A DNA stretch of 64,000 bases, taken from NCBI GenBank assembly GCA_047495785.1, contig JBLDXI010000034.1:1116001-1180000 (forward strand). Reading direction: 5' to 3'. Positions 24,306 through 36,913 of the stretch are shown piece by piece (within the stretch, counting starts at the first letter, position 1; each line of letters opens with the position of its first letter). The translations under genes and the position numbers were made by a program. The DNA is from Lepidodermella squamata. Taxonomy: Eukaryota; Animalia; Gastrotricha. The notes under the pieces are model-generated. The model was not told where the DNA came from, ran no database searches, and was given only the letters and a program-made list of their open reading frames with translations.

Positions 24306-27199
24306 ATGAATTGCGTCCTCATTTTCATGGTCTTTTATGTAGTCTCATCTACGAGCTGTTGGGACGTTTCGGATCTTCAATTGCCTCGCTTAGACAAACT
24401 GATCGCATTCTGGCCCATGGACGCATATTCCGGTCTTATTGGGTTCACAAGATCTAACAAAGAGCTTCATCCGCTGCCAACAAACAGCACAGCCACATTT
24501 CGCCGGAACAATGTTGCAAATACTGGTTACTACGTAACCAAAGACAAAAGAATCGCGAGTTATTTAGTACCGGTAATAACGAGTTCGTTCACGATATCTG
24601 TGCACTTTGATTACACGTTTGGCTCAGTTGTATTTGATGGCTTATTTAAGATGGTATTCGATGGCATTCATTTAAGAACAGGGCCAGATAGTTGGTATTT
24701 CGCCAAACAGGGCCCCTTGGCAGAGAAAAATGTAATGGATGGCCTAATGATGGCTGTCACCTACGACAATCCGTCTAACACGGCTTTTATCTATCGAATA
24801 AGTAACATAAACCACAAACTCTCAAGTAAAAATGTTACAATTCAAGATAAACTATACACTAATGGCACTTCGCGGGAACTACGGATTGGAGAAAGGCAAG
24901 AAAGAGTAGTTCAAGAGTATCAAGTATCCTGCGTTTCATTTTACAAAGTCGCCCTAACAGAGGCTGAGGTGAAAGCCTTGTTTCTCACGCCGTGCCGGAA
25001 CTCAGTCAAAGCTACGATAGGCGAAATCGATGGGATAGACATGACAGAGATCCCACGCCGGGAAAATCTCATCGGATTTTGGCCGCTTTCCTTTGATTCA
25101 AATCTACTCGGCTGGGACGGGGCTGGCAACGTCATCGTGCCTCGCCAACCCAGCTCATACAACACAAGGCGGATAAAATTTGAAGGACCCTATGCTCAAG
25201 GTAGCATTGCGCTGAACATAACGGTAAGGACAGTTAATCTAGCTGGTGGTTTGGTGGCTTACGACGACCTACCACGACCGCGATCTGGTTTCACGCTCGC
25301 ATTCTACATGAAATCTTCGGCATGCGGTTCGGAAGGGCACGGTGTTGCTACTATTCTCGGTTTCCTCAGTGTTTACTGTAATTCGAAACGTCCTCATATC
25401 ATGTTTGCTTCGATAAATAATAGAAAATCACTGACAGATTTTTATGCTGACAAATATCTGCACTATATTAATTATGAGCACATCGGAGATTGGACTTTTT
25501 TCGCCATCACTTCTGATGACCTTGAAACGAACTGCATGATACATTCACTTGCGGTCAACCACGCGCTCGAAATTACATCAGAGAAGAGTGAGTTTATTTA
25601 ATCGAAAATATACTCAACAATAACCTATACTTCAAAGAAGGAGGGAGGAATATCAGCTTGTTAGCTAATATTTGCTAACAAGCTTGTCGTCCGTCTAAAT
25701 CTAATTATCCATTTGCTCTATTTCAGACCAATTAAGCTTCCTCTTTTAGTAAGCATTATTATTTTTCGGTAGTTACTTGCATAATCTTCGGCGAGAAGTC
25801 AATTAATGCCAGTTTGACTGACCAACTTTCGATGGAAATAGGCATCGGTTACGAGAACGGTGAAACGGCGATGAAAAGTGAAGCCATGCAATTGGCTTGT
25901 TTCTACTTCTACAATGCTGCCCTGAGCCCTCAAGAAGTTTTCAACTTGAGCAACGCGTGTGGCCGAGTTGTCTCACAGCGCTTAATCTTCACGAGTGGCA
26001 ACTCTATCGCAGAGCAGATGGTACCAATCTTTGGAACCCCGCAATTCGACTACATCGACAACATGACAGCGATTCAGAGAAGATGTGGGCATTTCAACGC
26101 TTCAGTCTACGCACCTCGAAATTTCGAAAACTTGTCAAATTACGATGCTCCTCTCAAGGTACAAGTTGGCTTTCAAGTAACGGGATTGAATGAAATAGAC
26201 ACAGTTAACGAAATAATAACTGTAAAAGCTCTGATGGTTCTATATTGGCGAGTAAACACGTGCCCGTGGCTTTCCTCGCCCGCTCTCCCAACCGGTAGAA
26301 ACTTCGAGACCGTCTACGTCGACAATTCAAATAATCTTTGGCTACCAAAGATCCGCTTTCTATCCGCAGCAAACTCGAACCTACAAATGCGAAACATGAT
26401 CATAAATGACGATTACTTGATGATGATGTCTTCGAAGGTGCCTACAGTTAACCGAACATTCGACTTTTATTGGCGAAAAGAAGGCTTATTCGAGGCAAGC
26501 TGCGAGCTATCCCTACAGTTGTTTCCATTCGACACCCAAAACTGTAGTTTCGAATTTTCCCTTGAGCGCGACATCGACATTGTGCGAGTTGATGAGAAAT
26601 CTCTCCTTTTCGACTTTAAGCGTCCTCATTCTGGAGGCAGCTGGGCCACAATTTTCACAGAGAATTCTACCGGTCAAGTTTTCTATAGAGGCTTCTTCGT
26701 TTCAACATTCAAATTCACGGTCGTATTACGAAGGAATCCTTGGTATTACGTAAAGAATTTCGCTATTCCATCATCTACCCTCGCATCGCTGAATTTGTTC
26801 TTATTCATGATGCCGCCAGATGCACCAGACCGTGCTGCATTTTCCGTTACCGTCCTTCTAACCATGGCAGTTATGCAGAGCGCGATTTTGAACGAAGTTC
26901 CGAAAAAGCCTTATGACACTCTTCTCGGCAAGCTGGTTCACGGTCTGACTTGGTTTTGCATAGCAGCAACTATTTACAGCCTCGGAATTTTATGGATTGC
27001 TGCATCCTACCACGATCCGAATGCCTCAACCAGGCCTCAGAAGCGATTTCTTAATGCGAGAATCGGTATGGTTCGTCTTATCGACTTCTTCTTTCTTTTA
27101 TGCGCTATTCTGGTATTCTTTCTTGTTCATATTTTTCTTGTCCGTCATAAGGATATAGACCACGATTTTGTGATAAGATCATTCAATATTGCCGCCTGA
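24306..27199 (+). CDS. 2x LamG/ConA-like + Cys-loop pLGIC subunit, copy 4; join(24306..25587,25773..27199), ~902 aa
   Basis: Phase-1 intron A|GTGAGT...GGTAG|TT at the homologous position. Cys-loop CELSLQLFPFDTQNC and four TMs. Confidence 0.88.
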
Positions 27200-27396
27200 A
27201 ACCTGGAATTGTTTACGATCTTGCGAATCCAAAGACATCATCCACATGGTTAACATTTTGGAATGAATTAATTGGAGCTGAGTTTAATCTGTTGCTCTGC
27301 TGGGCTTAATCTCTAAAAGCCTCTCTTACAATATTCAATGTATTTTGAATAAAGTTTGATGTAGCAAAAATGTCTTGTTATAGATGAAGCCACTTT

Positions 27397-29007
27397 CTAA
27401 TTCTCATTCATTAATTCGAGATCGAGATTCAATAAATAATAATTGATTTTAGGATTGTTACTTCGTCCTATTATCTCGCCATTTCTTCCTTCGAATCGCG
27501 TTCCCAAATGCTTCCAGTCGTATTCAAAATCTTGAAGCTTGAAATTGGCACTTCGCGCGGAACCACATGGTTTTAGAAGTAACTGGGCATGGGATCTGAA
27601 CCATTTGTTGACAGCCCACTTCTCCCCGGAAAGAACAGGACAAGCTGCATGCATTGTTCTGACATCTGACGAACCATTTTTACGCAAATTATACCAAAAC
27701 AATGCTCCTCTAGCTTCGGGTGGAACTGATAGGTTGAGTTTTGTTAAAATTGTGTTCCCACCTGCAGATGGGCTGGAGAGGTAGATCAATCTGTAAAAAA
27801 CACAGGAAAATTCAAATAATTAGTAGAAAAATCGGCTGAAATTACAGAGTTGCGATTCGGTCGCCTCTTTCTTCATCGTAATGATTATCAGCAAAGTAGT
27901 CCCAATGAGGCAGATAGTGACCACCAGCTGTGTAGTGAGCGACTTGGTACCTCTCAGAGTCAGGATTATGAGCAGCTAGGCCGAGAATAGCCTCAACTCT
28001 ATCGGTAAAACTTTCGACTCTGTCAGACTCTAGCCAAGCAATTTTCGACATCCTCACATGATTCATTTTCTACTTGTGGAAATCATATAGTAAAATCCCA
28101 AAAAATCAGACAATTGCCTCACCTCATTGGGATTTGTAAAAAGAACTGAATCTTTAAATTGGTCCTGCACTTGATCTTTGAATGATCGAACATCATTCTC
28201 AGTCAGCAAGTCATGGAAGAAAACGATAAGAGGATCGAAATTCAAAACTTCCTCCTTAACAGGCGCCAAGACTAGCAGAGGATGCCGATTCCGATCATTG
28301 TAACGACAGAAGAATCGTGGGTCTTGCGAAAGCCTTTGCGCAGCTCTTCTCGCGTTTTCTAAAAATGAATTGAAATGATTTAACGGAATTGATTTTGATA
28401 CCTTACTTTTCCAGCAAAGCCTATAGCTTCGGATTGTGGCAAGCTTCTTTCGGCCTTCCAAATTCCGTTTCTTCGAATCACTGGCGAGATCTTCGACGAC
28501 CTCTGCCATGATTTCATCAGTGTAGTCCCGATCAGCCCTGTCATAAGCCGTCGCCCATTGCGATCGCTTCGACCCGCCAAGATTCCGCCAGGCTAAAACT
28601 TCCTCGCAAATATCAAGCGCGACTGAGTAGTTCTTCATCTGAAAGGCGGCCTCTTGCTGTTGAAATAGTATGTCTGTCACATCGTCAATCTCTAGGCAGT
28701 GTTTGTATTCGAGGGAATCGACTTGCTCGTAAAATTTGATGGTCAAGCTGAAAATTCGGAAAGCTGCGTCGTAGTCTTGTTTTTCGAGAAGTGCCAAGCC
28801 TTCGTCGTACATTTCTTGCTCTGTGAAACCGGTCGCATTGATTGGGCAGCCTTTTTCGTTGAAAATTCTCTTCTGTTGCCCGAAAATGTTTTCGTAGAAG
28901 CCTCTTCCGATTCCAGCTCCATTTCGGTCGGAAATCAGGCGTAAAACTGAACCGCAAACGAAGGCGAAGAACACCTTCTTCGCCCATTCAACTGCTGGTG
29001 ATGACAT
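27397..29007 (-). CDS. P4HA: Prolyl 4-hydroxylase alpha-like, 4 exons (~29007..28407, 28358..28123, 28069..27846, 27790..27397)
   Basis: TPR-like segment, CRY...HP.L.LAPVKEE, RMSK.AWL, GGHYLPHWD (HxD), GDRIAT.LIYLS...GG.T, RTMHAACPVLSGEKWAVNKW (distal His and 2-oxoglutarate Lys). Confidence 0.9.
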
Positions 29008-29261
29008 AAAACGAAATCTCTGAATGCAGTGGGTAAATCTATTCACAGTGGTCTGTTGAGGTCAATAGAATCGATGGTGCATTGAACTTAAGACGCTTCA
29101 TAAATAAATCATTGAAATCTCTTTCCCGCGCGAGCGAGAGAGTAAAGAAAAACAACCAGGAGATATAAAATTCACGGCCTTGAGTAAACAATCCAACAGT
29201 ACTGAAAAATTATTAATTCATTTATTAAGATTTGTTTTCGGATGACCATTTTTCCAATATG

Positions 29262-30303
29262 TTACATATCATTTGGCGTGAAGTCGATTTCAGGTCTTAG
29301 TCCGCAGGGTTTGTTTAGCGTTTGGCCCTCAACTCGGTATCGCTTGCTCACAGCCCATTTTTCGCCCCTCAACACTGGACAGGATGTATATTGCACTCGC
29401 CTATCGGTGGTTGTATTGCGGTGGTTGTTGTACCAAAAAACGGCTCCGCGAGCTTCAGGCGTCACGATTATGCCCAGTTTTGTGAAAACTGTATGGCCAC
29501 CATTTGGAACATTGGAGAGATAAATAACTCTAAATTGAAAAATATGAAAAAATCAATAGTCAAAATTTAAAATGGAAACTATTTTTTGTATGAATTTTTA
29601 TAAATTTATGAATATCTCAAATCTCAACTAAGTATTTAAATTGAAATGTTAGCAACACTCATTTAGCAACCACAATTTCATAGATTTCCGATTTTTAAGG
29701 ATTGAAAAGCTTACATTGTTGCAAGTCGTTCGTTTAATTCGGTTGATTTCGAATTGTTCACAATCCCCGTTATGTGACCACCAGGTGAGTAATAGGCCAG
29801 CTGGTACTTGTCAGCATTCGGTTCGAATCCATTCATTCCAGTGATAGCTTCAAGCCGTGAGGTCAACTGAGGGAACAAGACCGAATCCATCCAACCAATT
29901 TTATTGTTCCTCCGAGCAACCTATAAGAAAACATAAAAATTATAGGAAAATCACGACTTTTCATCAAAATTACCTCTGAGCTTTGATTTGGCGCTGGATT
30001 AAGACGTTCCCTGCCGAGAGCTTTCAGCACGGCTACATCCAATTTCGAAACTAGATCATGAAAGAATATGACGACAGGGTCGTAGCTCAAAATCTCCTCT
30101 TTGAGCGGTGAGATAAGGAATAGAGGATTCCTATTTCGATTGTTAAACCGGCAAATAGCTTTCGGACTCCTGGCCAGCCGTTGCATAGACTCCAACGCTG
30201 ATTCTTCGCTGCATTCAAATACGTCTATAGTTGCCTCAAGAAAGCTTAAGAAAGTGCTAGAAATTACTAGCAAGTAATGCCAGTCTACAAATTTAACTCT
30301 CAT
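29262..30303 (-). CDS. P4HA-like paralog lacking the Fe(II) ligands; join(30303..29974,29920..29715,29529..29262), ~267 aa
   Basis: Spliced frame is open, and the intron positions match the neighbour's last two introns. HWD becomes IVN and RTMHAAC becomes RVQYTSC. Signal-peptide-like N-terminus, no TPR. Confidence 0.8.
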
Positions 30304-30820
30304 TTTCGCAACAGATGTGTAATTTGGAAGTCCAAGACAGTAGTTGTCGTAGTTATAGAAGCGGTATATTACATATCCTGTGATATACTGGTAAATAAAC
30401 GCACAAGAAAGTGCGTGGGCAAATTATCAAATGAAAAAGGGTATAATGTTGGGTATTAAAGACTTAGAAAACAGCCGTTTATCTTTACACACGGTCGAGT
30501 TGCGTGTGAGTACCGCGGATATTGTGTTTAGTACTTCAGCTGCCGGTTGGCAAGTGCGTGTGGGATTAGCAGGTGATACAACATACTAACGGGCACCTAC
30601 GCATTACTCATGTGCAAAAAGAATACGATTTCCCTGAAACGCAAAGGGCGCAAAAATTTAAATTTCGAAATCGGGAAAATTATCTACAAATAAAAATATC
30701 CGGACAAAGTAGACTTTGCACTTAGGACAAAGCAAAGCCAGATAAAGAAAGCGGCACTTTTCTGGTCCAAAGATAAAACAACCCTGCAACAGAAAATTAG
30801 AACAATTCGCAACTCGTGTA

Positions 30821-32503
30821 ATGATGTCTTCTCCCCTTAAAAATTTTGAAGTGGACGCGCCAAAAGATTCCGAGCAACTGGCGTTTTTCAAAAATGTGGT
30901 TTGGCTTGTGGGACTGATATTAACCTTGATCATCGGAGCGGTCAACCTTCTGGCAGGAATATTCGGTCTGAAACTTATTGCCGTAATACTAATGCTCTTA
31001 CTTTGGACGTTTCATTCCAGCGATCTACTTGTTTTCGACTGACTTTGAGCCGATTAAGATGTTTTCAATGACGTACTTCCTATCGAACAAATTAACTTAC
31101 CATTTGTTAGCCGGTATAATGCTGACTATCTCCTGCTTGGGCGTTGTAGCTTTTTCGTTTGTTCCGATTGTTACATTACCACGTTTTCGTGGATCAAAGG
31201 CTAGGGCTATCGTTGGAACTGCATACTACACGTTGACGATTTTTCTTGCAACGCAATACTTCGTATATGGGTTGATGGGCCTGCTAATGGGCGGCACTTT
31301 ACCCCTCGAACATACCCTAAATGAAGAAGCGTCCGGGCAATACGGTTCAAATGGTTCATACCCCCTGTTGTTAGCGTACGGAAATGAAAACTACGGTTGC
31401 TGCGGGGTTTACGACCTCCCAAATGGCTGCGATCAGGATTACCCAGGGGCGGGAAATGGTTCTTGCAAAATTGGCAGTTTAGCGTGTTCAAAAGGCTGCT
31501 TGAGAGCAATTTACTCGAATGATGTTGAAAAGTTCCAGCTTCCGGTTCGCGTCTCGCTTTTCGTCCTTACTGCAACTTCGGTTGGCATAGTCGGATGGGG
31601 CTATTACTCTTACAAGGATGCAAAGCTGCTGAAATTAGCAACCGCCTTTCTCGGTGTGGTGAGTCAGCAAACTTACAGAAAAATAATCGTATTTTACTCG
31701 TATTTCTCGTTTCTGTCCGAAGCTTTCTGGATTTGTCAATACATGCGTTGGTTCCGCCTTAATATGCGGTGGTTTCGGCATATTCGCACAATATGCACCA
31801 GTTTTCGTTGATGTCAACCTATCGAAACTGAACGTTATTGGCTTAGTGCTGATATTATTCGGCATATTCACCATGTCTTACAATTTCGCCAGTCTTACTC
31901 AATTTTACTACGAAGAAAATGACGCTACTACGAGGAAAATTAAAATCGTCCGATACGCAGTAAGAATTTCATTCTAATAAGTATTCCCTTACTCACATTC
32001 CTTGAAGAGACTCGGACTAGCCAGCGTTGGCGTTCTGCCAATGCTCTCAGGCGCGATCTATGTATCCTCCAATCTAAATAAATCAACCCTGGAGGCTGCT
32101 TTGAATTCCGAGCTTGATCATTATCTACCGTTTGGCAGTTTGCTGCGAACTGCCAATCGTCGCTACGGATGCTGTGGTATCATCGGCAGTCAAGATGGGA
32201 TATGCACCCGCGACTTCCCAGGGGTGAATTGTACCTTGGGCAGTGCTAACTGCTCCACCGGCTGCTTGGATGATATGTGGTCGGGTCAGTTTTCGCATTA
32301 CCAGGGCCTTTTGATCGGCACTTGCATGGGGCTGTTCTTCTCTTTGGTATTTGAATCTACGTGGATTTACATGTGATTGCTTATCACAGTTTTTGTTTCA
32401 GTTTTGGATGATTGTCTTCATTCTGGTGTGCCCAATAGTGAAGCGGAAGTGTTGCAATAAGAAAAAGCCATATGAAACTTTGAAAGACGACGGGCAAAGC
32501 TAA
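30821..32503 (+). CDS. Double tetraspanin A (8 TM); join(30821..30965,31021..31658,31723..31959,32008..32346,32402..32503), ~486 aa
   Basis: Continuous spliced frame with 3 TM + CCG loop (6 Cys) + TM, twice. The tail KRKCC...YETL has juxtamembrane Cys and a YxxPhi motif. Confidence 0.85.
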
Positions 32504-32842
32504 ATTCCGATATTGTTCGAGCCAAAAAATATTCTATGGACATTAAGTCTGTGATTGCTCAACCCTGATGATCCCTATTGCTTTGTTTCGTTTTTTTCGC
32601 TATCAAAATAAATTCAATCAATTGTTTTACATTGTTAGCCATAAAACGCTAAGAACACTGTAATAGTTGCTTTTTGAGAGAACGAGGTTATTCATTATAA
32701 ACGGTATTATTCAGATACATTGAGGTGATTAATGAGGTGATTACACTAGATAAGACAAAAGTTCTCCACGGTTGCGACTTTTTTAGATAAGACAGCTACT
32801 TGCTATAGGAAACATTCATTCATAGCATAAATAGCTTCGAAA

Positions 32843-34490
32843 ATGTCATCACTTGAACGATTTGACGTAGACGTTCCCGCTGATTCTACTAAAATGTCGA
32901 ACCTCAAAAACGTAATTTGGCTCATCGGATTGGTATTTTCAATTATTTTTGGCCTGACCAATCTATTAACCGGAATATTCGGTCTGTAACTTCGTGAAAA
33001 CATGATTCGATGTATAAATTCAGCTTTCAGCTTTGTACTTGCATGGCAACGATTTCCAATCGATTAAGCAGTTTTCGATCACCTATTTTGAATCGAATGA
33101 GCTTACCTTTCGATTGTTCAATGGCATCATGCTGACTATCTCGATTTTCGCTGTCCTTACTTCTTGCCTATTACCAATCATGACTTTGTCCCACTTTCGA
33201 GATACAAAAATAAGATTTTACGGTGGAATCGTTTTCTACATGATGATGATTTTCCTCGCGTCGCAATATTTCGTCTTTGGCCTGACTGGTGTAATTATGG
33301 GAGGCACCTTACCTCTCGAGCATACCCTAAATGAAGAAGCTTCGGGCCAGTATGGTAATAACGGCAATTATTCTCTCTTGTTAGCATACGGTAACGAGAA
33401 ATTCGATTGCTGTGGGGTATACGACCTAGCTAAAGGCTGTGATCAGGATTATCCAGGGGTGGGCAATGAGTCCTGCAAAACAGGCAGTATGGCCTGCTCG
33501 AAAGGCTGTTTGAAGGCTATCTACTCCAATGTGGTAGTTCACTTCCAGAGCCCAGTCTATATGACCCTCTTCTTACTTGTCGGGAGTTCGATTGCAATCA
33601 TAGTCTGGGCGAGTTATTTCTATAAAGACGTGAAGCTGCTAAAATATGGCGGCTCCTTTCTCGGGGTGGTAAGTTACAACATTTTGACAGAATCTTAACT
33701 GAACATATTGTTCGCAGTTTTCGGGTATTGTAAACACTGCGGTTGGAACTGCCTTAATCGTAGGGGAATTCGGTATTTTCGCCCAATACGCTCCTGTCTA
33801 TGTCGAGGTCAATTTGTCGAAATTGAATACTATTGGAATTTCCCTGATTTTATTCGGAATTCTAAGCATACCATACAACCTCGCTACAGCTGCAATGTTT
33901 TACTACACTGGCGATGAGAGGAAACAAAAATTAATCCGATATCTGGTTTGATAATCACATTTTCCAACTTTTCTAATGAAAAATTCTTTTCAAAGAGAAT
34001 TGGTCTCGCTTTAGTAGGGTCTCTGCCAGTTTTCGTCGGTGCGATGTACATTTTCGTTGACGTGAGTGAATTGTCCCTGAATGACGCCCTAACAGCTGAG
34101 CTTGATCGCCCGATGCCTCTTGGAAGCTTGCTGCGAACCGCAAATCGACGTTTCGGATGTTGTGGCATCTACACCCGGGAGGATGGGATATGCACACGGG
34201 ACTATCCTGGAGTAAACTGCACATCAGGCAGCGCGAATTGCTTCACAGGTTGCCTGGACGACATGTGGTCACACCAGTTTTCGAATTACCAGGGTATTGT
34301 AATCGGAACTTTCATGGGCCTCTTCTCTTCTTTGGTAAATTTTCGAGTAGAATCTTGGACAGATTAAATTTTCTTTTTTTCTCAGTTTTTCATGGTCTTC
34401 TTTATCATCGGTATTCCGATTATCAAGAAGCGATGCTGCACTAAGAAGCCGCCATACGGGTCCTTGAATGACGACGAACAGAATGAATAA
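32843..34490 (+). CDS. Double tetraspanin B; join(32843..32981,33031..33668,33718..33945,33996..34334,34386..34490), ~482 aa
   Basis: Same exon structure as A. Loops FDCCGVYD...KGC and FGCCGIY...TGC; tail KKRCC...YGSL. Confidence 0.85.
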
Positions 34491-34763
34491 AAATATGTTG
34501 AAGATTATGATGAAATAAACTGGAACGCGTGTTTGACAGCCATTATCTCAGATATAGACGATTTTCGACTATGAAACTCGATTGGGTTTTTCTCCCTTCG
34601 TTTATCTGTAGCAAGTTTTTTTGTGACGTACTCAACGAGGTCCCTTATAAGCAGATAAGGTCTGCCAATTCGGAAATGCAGATAAGATACGCCTCTGCTG
34701 CTATCTCTCCGCAAATGTTAAGGCCAACAGGACCCATAGCTTCTTGAGGTATTTGTTCAAGCC

Positions 34764-36455
34764 ATGGAAGCCGTTAACGAGTCAAAATGTTTGAACTGGT
34801 GGAATTCGTTCAAGTCCTACTGCGGAGCCTCTTCAAACATAATGCTAGGGGTTAGTTGCTTCTAACATCATCAATCGATTTTCTCATTTTTTTCTGTTAG
34901 CTCTTCTCTATGGGATACCTCGGATTCTGTAAGTTCCATTTCAACTATGGAGTATTAGGAATTTTTAAGGATTTTTTCTTTTTAGCTGGTTTTCTAGTCG
35001 CGAACGATTACCAGCTTATCTATGATTTTTCGTTCACATTTTACGAGAGCAATTACTTGATTATCGATTTGGTCGTTACCTTTTCCTTGGTCCTCGCAAT
35101 CCTCGGCGTAATTTCAGCCTTGATTTTTCCGTTTTTTATGTTCCACGAGATGCATTCGCTACTATCTATCATCCATTACTCAATCATGCTGTTTTTGACC
35201 CTTGAATACTGGAGTTTGGCGATTGTAGCGATCTTCAAGCCTCAATTACTGCCACTAGAGCACACTTTGAACAAAGAAGCTGCCGGAATTTACGGCTTCT
35301 GGCCATCGCAATTGCTGAGAGTCGCAAACATGGAGTACGGCTGTTGCGGGGTCTACGATTTACCCCAGGGATGTGATCAACGCTACCCTGGCGAGAATCT
35401 AACTTCCTGCTTAGCTGGAAGCTTACTTTGCCAGAAAGGATGCTTAACAATCATTGACGAGAAAATGTTTGGCGGCTATCATCTCCTGGTCTATGTAATT
35501 CTATGGCTTCTGGCAATAACTTCAGTGAGTTCTTCCATTTTTCAACCACTGAAAGATGTTAAATTCGAATGTTTCAGGTTTTTGCTATAATATGGCGACC
35601 AAATGCGGATAAAATTTCGTTCATGTATGGCTGCGCCGGTGTTACTGTGGTATTTATTTCAAAATTCCTATCCCTTTGGAGTCTACATAATGTTGCCATA
35701 GATGTTCGGAATATTCTACGTCTGCTTGGGTGGAGGAATGATAGATACAAAATTCGGGATAATCAGAGAGTATGTGCCAACGTTTGTGGACGAGAATCGA
35801 TTGAGACTTCAAGGAATAGCCGCGGCCTTACTTCTTTACGGACTTTTCAATATCATTTACGGACTAGCATCAGCCGCAAAAATTTACTACGAAGGCGATA
35901 CTGCTAAGGAAAGGCTGGCTAATCGATTGGTTGGTTTGATTTATTCTTCTTTCGCATTTATTACTTCCAAAATTTTAAGATGCTCGTTTTTCTCGTAATA
36001 ATTCTCATAGTTGCCTGGTCTGCTGTGATACTATACAGCGTTGATCTGGGTAAATCTTCGTTAGAAGACACACTGAAACGGGAAGTCACCCAGAATACAA
36101 CAGATGGACTACTGGTTTATGCGAACAAAAGGTTCCAATGCTGTGGAATTCATAGTGAGACGAACGGGACTTGCCCACAAACTTATGAGGGCTTCAACTG
36201 CACGGTAGGCACCCAGTCTTGTAGCTACGGATGCTTGGACGTACTCTGGAAGGACCGATTCTACCCGTTTCAGTCAATGTGTGGGGCCTGGTTACTTGTT
36301 AACGCCCTTGGAGTAGTAAGTTGAATTTGTCATAATTATTTCGTATTACTTAAATTCATTCTACCCCACAGACTCTCATTATGATAGCAGTGTTTATTGT
36401 TCCCATGGTTTGCAATAGATTCAAAAAACAAGAAAGTTACATTCCTATTTCTTGA
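34764..36455 (+). CDS. Double tetraspanin C (7 exons)
   Basis: YGCCGVYDLPQGC...QKGC and FQCCGIH...YGC loops joined in frame through GT-AG introns; tail YIPI. Confidence 0.8.
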
Positions 36456-36913
36456 TAAGGTAAAAAGGCTTTCGTCGTCAATAAAACATAGTTTTGTGAG
36501 TCTTTGAAACTTGAATTCCGGATTGTATTGCATGCTGAGTGCACCGGGCGCTGATTTTACGCACAGAAGAAGTGGCCTACGCCTGCGTGGTGTCTCCTAT
36601 ATCAGGTTGCTTCGATGCATTTCGAGTTGTCTACAAAGAATAATCTGAAACGTCTGAAATTATCGATGCTACAATTAAAACGCCCAAACAGCAAACAGTT
36701 TTGCATAAAAGAATGCACGACGTCGCACGTTGGAGAATGGGCGTTTCCTCTTACCTCTGCAAAGTCCGATGATCGCTGCCCTCATGCTTCAACAGAGTGC
36801 TTTGAAGTTCCTAGCACTCTTAAAGCCATCTGTTCACGAAGAAAAATAGATCAAAAACATTCCTATCTGTAAATAAAAGGCAGCCAGACAGTTCAACATC
36901 TATCATATTAATC

